Sequence record: OR670491
From: Escherichia phage vB_EcoM_JNE01
Direction: 5' to 3' (one strand)
DNA: 64,000 bases
Positions 36,621-45,491 of the stretch are shown here, in pieces (position 1 is the stretch's first letter; every line of letters starts with the position of its first letter). Position numbers and translations under genes: made by a program. The notes beneath the pieces are model-generated. The model worked only from the letters and a program-made list of their open reading frames with translations. It was not told where the DNA came from and did not search any database.

Positions 36621-36841
36621 TTGATAACTTTCTAAAATCTATTACTCAAAGAGTATTTGGTGCTTTACTGGATAGTATCAAATTAGTATTCAGTACTGTC
36701 TATATGCTTATTATTGTATGTCTATTTTCTTTAGTACTGCATTTTGTACCAACATGGCTAGTTATTACTGCTATTATTGTATTCCTGGCATTTGGTGTTT
36801 ATGGAACATACCTGGCAGAACTTGAAGATTCAGACGTGTAA
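36617..36841 (+). CDS. small membrane protein
   Basis: 74 aa, two hydrophobic helices. Confidence 0.4.
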   Translation: MIDNFLKSITQRVFGALLDSIKLVFSTVYMLIIVCLFSLVLHFVPTWLVITAIIVFLAFGVYGTYLAELEDSDV

Positions 36842-36847
36842 CACATT

Positions 36848-36871
36848 AGACCCTTTATGGGTCTATTTTTT
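36848..36871 (+). terminator. intrinsic terminator
   Basis: AGACCC-TTTAT-GGGTCT then ATTTTTT. Confidence 0.65.
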
Positions 36872-36882
36872 AAGGAAAATAC

Positions 36883-37362
36883 ATGGAACCTATCTTTGGT
36901 GCATTGAAGCGTTTTGTAGATATTATATCTCATACTAACGTTCTCTATAATGACAATGACAGTACTGTAAAAATGATGGAAGTACTGGGATACACAGACG
37001 TACAAAGTGTGTATTATGACGGTATCATGGTCAGAGGTATCGAAGGAGATTGTCGATTATCTTACATGGGTATGATTGACACCTTTGTTGTACAGAAAGG
37101 AAAGATTGAAATTGTCCTTGAAGTACGTTATACAGGTTCATCAAACACAATATATTACAATTGTACCCGTACTGATTGTGCATATGAAACAGACTTTGAC
37201 CAGCAAACGACTATGCAATCCAGACCAATCGATTACCCTGATGATTCTTTTGTGCAAATTCATAAGGATTTATTTGATTTATGTGCTACAATGTCAGAGA
37301 GTGAAGACGTATATTACTTCCCAATCATCACAGTAAGAGAGAATGGTAATGCGATGGCGTAA
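36883..37362 (+). CDS. hypothetical protein
   Basis: 159 aa. Confidence 0.45.
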   Translation: MEPIFGALKRFVDIISHTNVLYNDNDSTVKMMEVLGYTDVQSVYYDGIMVRGIEGDCRLSYMGMIDTFVVQKGKIEIVLEVRYTGSSNTIYYNCTRTDCAYETDFDQQTTMQSRPIDYPDDSFVQIHKDLFDLCATMSESEDVYYFPIITVRENGNAMA

Positions 37363-37747
37363 ACATAAAGTGAAACAGCTTGAAAAAATTGTCAAGAAGT
37401 TTTATAGCAAAAAAAGTGATCCAATGATGGTTATGCTACGTGACAGTATAGGGGTACGAAAGTATCCTGAATGCTTAACCAACTCTATTGGTCGCATGAA
37501 CAATCGATACTACGTTAATGATTATGCAAGTGCCGAAACCTCTTTTTTCGGAAATCGTGTATCTGTACCATCATACGTTCATTCAAAAGTGAAGCGAAGC
37601 CGTGTTCAAGGTGTTCTGCATGGTTATTTGCTGATTACGATGGAAGAATTAAACAAAGAGTTAGGTACTAACTACACCCAAGGCTGCATAGACAATATCA
37701 AGTTCATAAAAGATTTGGACGAAGAGTTAGATGATGATACAATGTAA
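37343..37747 (+). CDS. hypothetical protein
   Basis: 134 aa. Confidence 0.45.
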   Translation: MVMRWRKHKVKQLEKIVKKFYSKKSDPMMVMLRDSIGVRKYPECLTNSIGRMNNRYYVNDYASAETSFFGNRVSVPSYVHSKVKRSRVQGVLHGYLLITMEELNKELGTNYTQGCIDNIKFIKDLDEELDDDTM

Positions 37748-37777
37748 ATTGTACAACTGGAAAAAGGAAAATGAATA

Positions 37778-37909
37778 ATGAACGGATTAAAGAAGTTTGG
37801 AACTGACGTTCTTAAGTGCATTCGATACACTTATGACGCTAATCCAGAAATGACTGCAATTGTGGGTGTTTTCATTGCACTCGTTGTTTTATCTTGTATT
37901 ATGGTGTAA
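37778..37909 (+). CDS. small membrane peptide (uncertain)
   Basis: 43 aa ORF not in track, C-terminal TM segment, RBS ggaaaaagga. Confidence 0.3.
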   Translation: MNGLKKFGTDVLKCIRYTYDANPEMTAIVGVFIALVVLSCIMV

Positions 37910-37912
37910 AAT

Positions 37913-38116
37913 ATGATTGAAATTAATGCTGATGTATATTGTAGTGCTGCACCAAATTACTTCATTTATGCACTAAGTACTTTTGGTGATACAGAAGGTG
38001 AAACTTTTGTTTTAGTAGATAATACTACATGGTACAAAACAAGTAATAAAATTCCGAAAGATGTTTTGGAAACTTATGTTCGTATTGAAAATAAAAACAT
38101 ATATGTAAATTTATAG
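37913..38116 (+). CDS. hypothetical protein
   Basis: 67 aa. Confidence 0.4.
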   Translation: MIEINADVYCSAAPNYFIYALSTFGDTEGETFVLVDNTTWYKTSNKIPKDVLETYVRIENKNIYVNL

Positions 38117-38123
38117 GTAAAAT

Positions 38124-38534
38124 ATGATTGAAATGGAAGGAACTCTGGTGTATGATCCAGATCGTGGCACTATGAAAAAGAAGAAGGACTTCTGGTTAGT
38201 ACTGCAACTTCCATTACAGTTGGTTCGATACTACCAGTACTTCATCAGAACTGACTTACATATTGATATTAAAGACCCACAATGGGGAGCACATGTCAGT
38301 ATCGTTCGTGGTGAAGTGCCACCAAATCCAGAGTACTGGAAAAAGTACGATGGTATGAAAGTTAAGATTAAGTTCGAACCTTTCATCGAAGAAGTAAAAG
38401 ACAATAAGAAACCTGGGTCATTCTTTATCATAGAGTTTGAAGATGATTTCATTGCACAAATTCGTGATGAACTTGGTTTAGCATCTAAATATTTCAAATA
38501 TCACATCACCATTGGTAGAACATACTACGATTAA
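38124..38534 (+). CDS. hypothetical protein
   Basis: 136 aa. Confidence 0.45.
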   Translation: MIEMEGTLVYDPDRGTMKKKKDFWLVLQLPLQLVRYYQYFIRTDLHIDIKDPQWGAHVSIVRGEVPPNPEYWKKYDGMKVKIKFEPFIEEVKDNKKPGSFFIIEFEDDFIAQIRDELGLASKYFKYHITIGRTYYD

Positions 38535-38701
38535 TGTGGTTATTTGGTAAATAGGTCTTGATATAACTAAAAAGTATGCTATACTACTTAAATGTTCCAA
38601 AGAACAACTGAGTACTGTAGAAAGTCCAATGAGGCTTTTGCAAATGGCCTCTTTGCCCTCTTTGTGATTGCTCATTGTTAACAACCAACAAAGGAGGCGT
38701 T

Positions 38702-39628
38702 TTGAAAAAAGCGAAAAAAGCACTGAAAACTAAAATTGCCGTAGGCGTATTAGTTTCATCAGCCCTATTCGCTGCTATTGGATTTTATGGTTTTTCTCAA
38801 AGTGATCATGTACCATCATTAGACGAAAGTCAGGTGCATAATTTAAAACCACAGTTTACTCAAATTCAAAAGCAGGAACTACCACAGGTATCAGTACCAA
38901 AAGCAGTTCCAAGCAGCGAGAAACATTATACGGTTCAACCTGGAGATAGTTATTATTCTATTGCACAGAAATTTAAACCTAAAAATGTACAGATTGAAGA
39001 TTATGTCATTTTGTTGAAGAACATCAACTTAAATGCAACTCTTCATACTTCTCAGGGTATCTTTATCCCAACAAAAGAGGATTTGAAGAACGTATTGTTA
39101 CCAGATGTGACTGTACTGTTTGATTATAAAGATCCAGAAATTGTCAATCACATCAAAGAAGCTGAAGGTTCTATTGAATTTCAGTCCAAGAACAAACGAC
39201 GTTTACTTGGTGGGAAAGTTGGAGTTCCATATCGAAATTCTAAATTTTATCCGTATCGTGATATAAAAGGTAACTTCACTATTGGGTACGGACATTATCT
39301 TGGAAAGAAAGAATCAGATGCAAGTAAGTATCGTAATGGTATTACGAAGTCACAAGCACATAAACTTTTATTGTCTGACATGGAACGAACTAATAATGAT
39401 TTAGTTTTATTATTGAAGAAAAGAAATGCAACAAACCTTACGGCTGAACAGCAACGAATTTTATTTGAGATGGCATTTACATTAGGAGTTGATAAGTTAA
39501 ATACTTTCAATAAATTATGGAAAAGCGTTGATAATCAAAATGATAACAAGTTCAAAAAAGAAATTAAGAATTCTCTATGGTATCGTCAAGTAGGAAACCG
39601 TGCAGAATTGTTAGTTAGTAATTTGTAA
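38702..39628 (+). CDS. endolysin: GH24 (T4-lysozyme-like) muramidase with N-terminal TM/signal-anchor and LysM domain
   Basis: TM segment IAVGVLVSSALFAAIGFYGF; LysM-like YTVQPGDSYYSIAQKF; C-terminal TIGYGH...RxxLFEMAFTLG matches T4 lysozyme family; probable TTG start 38702 with RBS aaggagg. Confidence 0.7.
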   Translation: MKKAKKALKTKIAVGVLVSSALFAAIGFYGFSQSDHVPSLDESQVHNLKPQFTQIQKQELPQVSVPKAVPSSEKHYTVQPGDSYYSIAQKFKPKNVQIEDYVILLKNINLNATLHTSQGIFIPTKEDLKNVLLPDVTVLFDYKDPEIVNHIKEAEGSIEFQSKNKRRLLGGKVGVPYRNSKFYPYRDIKGNFTIGYGHYLGKKESDASKYRNGITKSQAHKLLLSDMERTNNDLVLLLKKRNATNLTAEQQRILFEMAFTLGVDKLNTFNKLWKSVDNQNDNKFKKEIKNSLWYRQVGNRAELLVSNL

Positions 39629-39677
39629 TTTACAATAAAGGATGATATGTATCATCCTTTATTTTTAAGGTAAAAAT

Positions 39678-40310
39678 ATGATATATAATGTTGGTATAAA
39701 TGATGTACCAGGTGATTCTAAATCGGATAGTGATGGTTATTATATATATGTGAAATGGAAAAGTATGATTAAACGATGCTACTCAGTTGAATATCAAAAA
39801 ATACACCATTCATATATTGGAACAACTGTATGTAATGAATGGCTTACATATTCAAATTTTAAAGATTGGTATCTAAATAATTACATAGACGGGTATGTTT
39901 TAGATAAAGACTTGATATCGGGTGATTTACAAGTATACTCACCAGTGACATGTTCATTTGTACCACAAGAATTAAATTGTTCTATTCTTGAAAGTAATAG
40001 TGCTAAAACAAAACTACCATTGGGTGTGTCATATCAACAGAAAACTAAAAATATGATAAATGAACGTTCGAAACCATATGATTCATATATAAAAATGTAT
40101 GGTAAGTTGTATCGTCTTGGTAGTTATGAATGTCCTGAACTTGCACATAAAGAATGGCAAATCGCCAAGAAAAAATATCTCGAAGAACTCATTGACAGAT
40201 ATAAAAATTCTGTTAAAATGGAAGTCATAGAAGGTATTCAGAAACGAATTGATATATTACATAATGATATAGTCAATGACGGTGTTACAATAACAATCAA
40301 TAAGATATAA
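39678..40310 (+). CDS. AP2-domain protein, homing-endonuclease-like (possible mobile ORF)
   Basis: WKSMIKRCY...YIGTTVCNEW motif plus AP2-like LGVSYQQKTKN...YGKLYRLGSYECPELAHKEW; AT-rich relative to neighbours. Confidence 0.45.
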   Translation: MIYNVGINDVPGDSKSDSDGYYIYVKWKSMIKRCYSVEYQKIHHSYIGTTVCNEWLTYSNFKDWYLNNYIDGYVLDKDLISGDLQVYSPVTCSFVPQELNCSILESNSAKTKLPLGVSYQQKTKNMINERSKPYDSYIKMYGKLYRLGSYECPELAHKEWQIAKKKYLEELIDRYKNSVKMEVIEGIQKRIDILHNDIVNDGVTITINKI

Positions 40311-40322
40311 GGTAGGTAAATT

Positions 40323-40649
40323 ATGCTAAATTTCGTTATCCAAGGTAATGTAGATGTTACTCCAGCAATTCATGACGCAATCCGCGATGAAGCAACAGTA
40401 CTAAGTAAATTTAGTGATGCTTCAGTACTGAATCTTGGTGTTCATCTGAAGAAAGAGCATAAAACACAGTACACTGTAACACTAACTTCTAATGGTAAGT
40501 CTGTTACTGCAAATGCAGCAGATTTATACAAAGCGATTAGTGATTCATTTGAAAAAATGGAAGTTGTACTTGGTAAAGACAAAAGCATTAAACTGCATCG
40601 TCGTAACCACCCAACACGTCCTCTGGACTTGACAGAAGACGAAGAGTAA
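40323..40649 (+). CDS. hpf: ribosome hibernation promoting factor / RaiA-like protein
   Basis: 108 aa; MLNFVIQGNVDVTPAIHDAIRDE...LHRRNH follows the HPF/YfiA pattern (N-terminal ITGxNVEITPALR-like, basic C-terminus). Confidence 0.6.
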   Translation: MLNFVIQGNVDVTPAIHDAIRDEATVLSKFSDASVLNLGVHLKKEHKTQYTVTLTSNGKSVTANAADLYKAISDSFEKMEVVLGKDKSIKLHRRNHPTRPLDLTEDEE

Positions 40650-40660
40650 TTTATAATAAA

Positions 40661-40690
40661 GGGACAGTATATTTCTGTCCCTTTTCTTTT
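40661..40690 (+). terminator. intrinsic terminator
   Basis: GGGACAG-loop-CTGTCCC then TTTTCTTTT. Confidence 0.65.
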
Positions 40691-40704
40691 TGGAGTTTTT
40701 TAAT

Positions 40705-41097
40705 ATGCATAGTGTATGGCTGGAAATAATCAAAACTCTTATATCAGTACATGACAAGGACTTACCTGATAATCTAGTCATTAACCGATGGTACTATCCA
40801 GACACATTTGACAGAAAGGTTGGATGCATCTTTTATCACGACGATTACGGTAAATTTTGTGGATTAATTGAAGATATCAAATCCAATGTATCTTTCTCTA
40901 TAGAAATGAACGTAGATCACATAAAATACTACAACAGTAAAATGGATGAAGAACATGATGATGTTATAATCCCTATGGATATTGACGAAGCTGAGTTTTT
41001 TCAGTTATCAACAATTTATAATTTATCTGACATTACTTATGATAATGTTAAAGACATTATTAAATTGTACGATAAAATGTATAATTACTTTTTGTGA
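40705..41097 (+). CDS. hypothetical protein
   Basis: Start refined to ATG 40705 after terminator. Confidence 0.45.
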   Translation: MHSVWLEIIKTLISVHDKDLPDNLVINRWYYPDTFDRKVGCIFYHDDYGKFCGLIEDIKSNVSFSIEMNVDHIKYYNSKMDEEHDDVIIPMDIDEAEFFQLSTIYNLSDITYDNVKDIIKLYDKMYNYFL

Positions 41098-41481
41098 TTG
41101 AGGTATAAGTTGAGAAATACATTAATTAAAGTTAATTTATCACATTTCGATCCATACCAGAAATATGAAGAAAGTAAAAGGTATAATATTAATGATGATT
41201 TCACAATATATTTCAATAGAACATACAGCACAATCATCATCACTATTTGTGATCATATAAAAATTTGTATAACAAAAGATATAATAACTTTGTACATTCA
41301 AAACAAAGAAACTGATATACCAACAGATTTGGATGAAGATGCATATGCTCAAGACGAATTCGTGAGAGATCACTTGTTGATTGAGTACGATACTTATTCA
41401 TTGATTAATTTCTACAAAGTAAATTACATTAAGTGGTTGTCTGGTGAAAGTGATGATGGTATAATAGAGTGGAGCATTTAA
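41098..41481 (+). CDS. hypothetical protein (non-ATG start)
   Basis: ORF begins at TTG 41098 with no internal ATG; AT-rich; uncertain. Confidence 0.3.
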   Translation: MRYKLRNTLIKVNLSHFDPYQKYEESKRYNINDDFTIYFNRTYSTIIITICDHIKICITKDIITLYIQNKETDIPTDLDEDAYAQDEFVRDHLLIEYDTYSLINFYKVNYIKWLSGESDDGIIEWSI

Positions 41482-41604
41482 TATGAATACAATTATGCTA
41501 GAAGAAGATTGGGGTGTTTCTGAACAAGGAACCGACGAGTACAAAGAGCCAGAATACAAGCCTAAAGGCTTCTGGGAACGTCTCTTTGACTGGTTGATGG
41601 GGGA

Positions 41605-41793
41605 GTGATGGAATATACGATATGTGCTGTAATTTGTATCTTAGCTTTAATCGGCGGCGTTGGTGTGATGGTGTATTGTGATGCAGAACCCAGTACTGAA
41701 ATTGGTATCAGAACAAATGCCAAGCCAGGGTTGAAAATCAATGAGAAGTACTGCTATAATATCAGAACTAACTCCTATGACATTTGCCTATAA
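41605..41793 (+). CDS. small membrane protein
   Basis: 62 aa with N-terminal TM helix. Confidence 0.4.
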   Translation: MMEYTICAVICILALIGGVGVMVYCDAEPSTEIGIRTNAKPGLKINEKYCYNIRTNSYDICL

Positions 41794-41802
41794 GGAAACA
41801 TT

Positions 41803-42915
41803 ATGAAAAAATATCTCGTGGGTGGATTCGTCCGCGACCGACTACTGGGCTTACGTGCTAAAGACAAAGATTATGTCATTGTCAGTGCATCTGAATCTGA
41901 TATTAAGTACTTGAAAAGTATTGGGTACAAACAAGTCGGCATTGATTTCCCTGTATTCTTGAGTCCAGAGGGAAATGAATATGCATTAGCCAGGACTGAA
42001 CGTAAAGTCGGTGTAGGCTATAATGGCTTTGAAGTTAATACTAAAGGTGTAACCTTAGAAGACGACTTATATCGCCGTGACCTCACAATCAATGCTATTG
42101 CATACGATCCAGTACTGCAAATTCACATCGACCCATACGGTGGGAAAGATGATATTAAGAATAAAGTACTGCGTCACGTTTCAGAGCACTTCAAAGAAGA
42201 CCCATTACGTGTTCTTCGTCTTGCACGCTTTGCAACACGATATAATGACTTTACAATTCACGAAAGTACTGTTACAATGTGCACTGAAATGGTTAGTACT
42301 GGTGAGTTGAATCATCTTGTACCAGACCGTGTGTATGTTGAATTTGAAAAGGCACTCACTGAAGAGAAACCTGCCAAGTTCCTTAAGACACTGGCTAATT
42401 TCGGCTATTATGAAAAAGCATTTACTAAAACACTAACCCGTAAGGTATTAGAATTGGTTGATAACATTTCAGATAATTGTACAGAAGCATATAAGCCATA
42501 TTTCATTTGGAGTGCACTACTCGAAACAGAAGAAGTAAATAAAGACTCAGTACTGAACGAATCAATTAAAATGCCCGTTAAGTACGTGAAGTTTAGCAAT
42601 TATGTAAAACGATTCCGTGATGATATCAAGACATTCCGTAAGAAAACACCTGAAGAGATGGGTGCGTTGTTACTGGAAATGAACATTCGAAATAACGGTG
42701 GGGAAGAATTCCTGTACAAAGTGCTGGAGTACTTTATTCTTCGTCGTGAAATCGACCTTGAACTTGAAGATTTGATTATTAAGGTGTATGATCGTTACAC
42801 CGATACTGTATTACCTGATATTGAAGAAATGGTTAAAGACGGTTCTCTGGACAAGAAAGATATTCGTGACTTTGTACAAGGTTTGCGTATTACTGAAATC
42901 CAGAAAATGTTCTGA
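41803..42915 (+). CDS. cca: tRNA nucleotidyltransferase (CCA-adding enzyme family)
   Basis: N-terminal MKKYLVGGFVRDRLLGL ... DxD ... GIDFPVFLSPEGNEYALARTERK ... RRDLTINA closely follows class II CCA-adding enzyme head domain. Confidence 0.85.
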   Translation: MKKYLVGGFVRDRLLGLRAKDKDYVIVSASESDIKYLKSIGYKQVGIDFPVFLSPEGNEYALARTERKVGVGYNGFEVNTKGVTLEDDLYRRDLTINAIAYDPVLQIHIDPYGGKDDIKNKVLRHVSEHFKEDPLRVLRLARFATRYNDFTIHESTVTMCTEMVSTGELNHLVPDRVYVEFEKALTEEKPAKFLKTLANFGYYEKAFTKTLTRKVLELVDNISDNCTEAYKPYFIWSALLETEEVNKDSVLNESIKMPVKYVKFSNYVKRFRDDIKTFRKKTPEEMGALLLEMNIRNNGGEEFLYKVLEYFILRREIDLELEDLIIKVYDRYTDTVLPDIEEMVKDGSLDKKDIRDFVQGLRITEIQKMF

Positions 42916-42991
42916 AATCATTGGACAAATCTTCAAGTACTGATATAATTAATGGTATCTGAACATCATATGATGAAAACGAGATAAGATT

Positions 42992-43424
42992 ATGCGTTAT
43001 AGTTGTGGTATAATATTTTATCGTGATGGTCAGATACTTGTTGGTCATACAACACGGACAGCAGCACTGGGATTTACCTAAAGGTAAAACTGAAGGTGAT
43101 GAAACATTTAAAGAAGCTGCGGTTCGTGAGTGTTATGAAGAGACAGGATTCCAAATCAATGAAGATGATTTACTTCTTCTTGGTGATGTTTCTTATAGAA
43201 AGGGTAAGAGATTAGTATTATTCTTTTATACTGCAAAGGATAAGCCAATCCCTTCAGAACTGGAATGTAAAAGTACTTATACCAACCGATACGGTAGAAG
43301 TCATCCAGAACTGGATAAGTTCATGTACATTGATGTAGAAGATTGTCAAAAGTATTTGACTGAACGAATGTGTAATAGTATAATAAAGGCTGTTAAAGCT
43401 TTTCAAAGAAACAGAAGGAAATGA
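42992..43424 (+). CDS. Nudix hydrolase with apparent +1 frameshift near 43065-43080
   Basis: ATG 42992 opens MRYSCGIIFYRDGQILVGHTTR... (typical Nudix N-terminal strand) but stops at 43081; Nudix box GKTEGDETFKEAAVRECYEETGF continues in the ORF-track frame 43023..43424. Confidence 0.55.
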
Positions 43425-43675
43425 ATATGAAAGTTAAAATTTATGGTCGTAAGACTGGCTGTAAGTTCTGTGATACTGCGAAGCAAGTATGTGAAGCGAA
43501 CAAATTTGATATGGAATTCATTGATATCGCTGAAGCTGGTATCGATGGTGTTAAACTGGCAGAAATCTGTGGTCAAGCAGTACGCCAAGTTCCACAAATC
43601 TTTGTAAACGAAGAATACGTACCAGGTGGTTGTACTGGTTTTATCGATGGTCTACGTGAAGGTCGCTGGAATTAA
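43421..43675 (+). CDS. nrdC: glutaredoxin/thioredoxin-like protein (NrdC-like)
   Basis: CxxC (CKFC) active site, VPQIF and GG motifs; 84 aa. Confidence 0.7.
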   Translation: MNMKVKIYGRKTGCKFCDTAKQVCEANKFDMEFIDIAEAGIDGVKLAEICGQAVRQVPQIFVNEEYVPGGCTGFIDGLREGRWN

Positions 43676-43917
43676 TGAATATTGATAAAGTATCATTACG
43701 TGCTAAACAATTAGCAGAACAATTTGGTATTGAGTTTAAAGTACCAGATATTAAAGCTGCTCAAGAACATGCACAACGTAAGATTCACAAATTAAAAGAG
43801 TATACTTCTAATAAAGAGAAGTATGATGAAGCTATCGCACACATTGTTGAGTCATTCAGTAAAGATGATATTTTGGCATTCTTAGATTCTGTAGCGGTTT
43901 CTAAAAACCCTAAATAA
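43675..43917 (+). CDS. hypothetical protein
   Basis: 80 aa, ATG overlaps upstream stop. Confidence 0.45.
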   Translation: MNIDKVSLRAKQLAEQFGIEFKVPDIKAAQEHAQRKIHKLKEYTSNKEKYDEAIAHIVESFSKDDILAFLDSVAVSKNPK

Positions 43918-43947
43918 TATTGAAGAACACAAGTTCTTCGTAACAAT

Positions 43948-44202
43948 TTGGGAGATACTATTATGCTCAGTTTTCGTGAACAATTAGCAAAAGGCAATTT
44001 CGCTGCTCAAGCTCAAACCAAAATTCCTAAAAAGTCAGCTTTCTTAGGGACGATTACAGAAGATGGTTATTGTGATTTTAATGCACCAGAAGATACGTGG
44101 TACATTGAAAAAGACACAAAACGTAGTAGTAGACTTCACAAAAGTACCGTCGCTCGAAAACAGCGTAAAGAATTAAAACGTATACGTTTTGGTGAAGAAT
44201 AA
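43948..44202 (+). CDS. hypothetical basic protein
   Basis: 84 aa; C-terminal RKQRKELKRIRF. Confidence 0.4.
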   Translation: MGDTIMLSFREQLAKGNFAAQAQTKIPKKSAFLGTITEDGYCDFNAPEDTWYIEKDTKRSSRLHKSTVARKQRKELKRIRFGEE

Positions 44203-44210
44203 TAAAATTA

Positions 44211-44238
44211 AGGACTCTTACAAGGAGTCCTTTCTTTT
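44211..44238 (+). terminator. intrinsic terminator
   Basis: AGGACTC-loop-GAGTCCT then TTCTTTTC. Confidence 0.65.
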
Positions 44239-44249
44239 CGGGGTATAAA

Positions 44250-44726
44250 ATGATACACGAACATATTGGTAATCTGTTTGAATTATTCAGTACTGTAACA
44301 AATGATGACGGTGTATTGCACATAATCGCTCATGGTTGTAATGCTCAAGGTAAGATGGGTTCAGGATTTGCAAAAGAATTACGAAATCGTTACTCAATGG
44401 CCTACGATGATTACAAGAAGTATGAAAAGGAAATGGGCTTTCTACGAACTGGTCAAATTTCCTATTCTGCCATCAATGATGATTTGATTATTGCAAACTG
44501 TATTACCCAAAAATGGTATGGTACAGATGGTGCAAAATACGTAAGTTATGATGCAATTGACGAAGTATTTCATAAACTAAATATGTTCTGTAAAATTGAA
44601 CGCAATGTTCATTTGCACTTCCCGAAAATTGGAGCCGACTTAGGCGGTGGTAACTGGAACGTTATCAAAGAAATCATTGACCACAGGATGGTTAATGCAG
44701 AAAAACACTTATATATTTTGAAATAA
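44250..44726 (+). CDS. macrodomain protein (TARG1/DarG-like)
   Basis: HGCNAQGKMGSGFAKEL and C-terminal FPKIGADLGGGNW resemble TARG1/C6orf130-type macrodomains (xxGxMGxGIA ... PxIGxGL). Confidence 0.6.
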   Translation: MIHEHIGNLFELFSTVTNDDGVLHIIAHGCNAQGKMGSGFAKELRNRYSMAYDDYKKYEKEMGFLRTGQISYSAINDDLIIANCITQKWYGTDGAKYVSYDAIDEVFHKLNMFCKIERNVHLHFPKIGADLGGGNWNVIKEIIDHRMVNAEKHLYILK

Positions 44727-44739
44727 CATACAAAAGGAA

Positions 44740-45057
44740 TTGACAAAAATGACTATGACCGTTAAACTACTAAACATCAACAGCATTGGCCCAGTACTAG
44801 CAGTTCTACAAAACGATGCACCAGAAGCAGTAGTTGTGAACTATCCAGCACAACTAGGCACTGATGAGAAAGGTGAAATCATTCTACGTGATTACCTAGA
44901 GTTTGTAAGTTCTGAAAAAGGTGTTATTTTCTATAAATCCAACATCATTAGTATTAGCGATGCTAACCCAGCACTAGTTGATGCATACGTAGAAGCAATT
45001 AAAGCAATCGAAGAAACGCCACGAGTCTTCGTTCCAGAAAACAAAATTATCGTATAA
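44740..45057 (+). CDS. hypothetical protein
   Basis: 105 aa. Confidence 0.45.
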   Translation: MTKMTMTVKLLNINSIGPVLAVLQNDAPEAVVVNYPAQLGTDEKGEIILRDYLEFVSSEKGVIFYKSNIISISDANPALVDAYVEAIKAIEETPRVFVPENKIIV

Positions 45058-45069
45058 TAGAGGTATATA

Positions 45070-45447
45070 ATGGCTGCTAATGAAACTAAAGTTGAAACTA
45101 TCCAAGCAATCGTAGTACTGAAAGGTACTGTCCCATCACCAGCGGAATTGGTTATGGCTGGAATGACTATTCTACACCAGTACAATCCAGCATCACCTAA
45201 CTATGTTCAAGATTATGAGGCAAAGGAATTCAATAAGCATTGGCAGTCGTGGCTAACTGACAACGAAGCAAAACAAGTTGTCTTTGAAGCAGATGATATT
45301 TTTGAACTGGAACAGATTGAGTTCTTGGCATCACAGCAATCTGTTCCATTGAGTAACTTCGGTAATGGTGAAGAGGTTCTAGTACTTGGACCATTCAGTA
45401 AAGGTGAAATCATTCATCTACTATCAAACTGCTCCGAAGTAAAGTAA
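45070..45447 (+). CDS. hypothetical protein
   Basis: 125 aa. Confidence 0.45.
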   Translation: MAANETKVETIQAIVVLKGTVPSPAELVMAGMTILHQYNPASPNYVQDYEAKEFNKHWQSWLTDNEAKQVVFEADDIFELEQIEFLASQQSVPLSNFGNGEEVLVLGPFSKGEIIHLLSNCSEVK

Positions 45448-45491
45448 TCTAATAAACAACCAGCACCTCTAAATAATGTATATAAACATTA

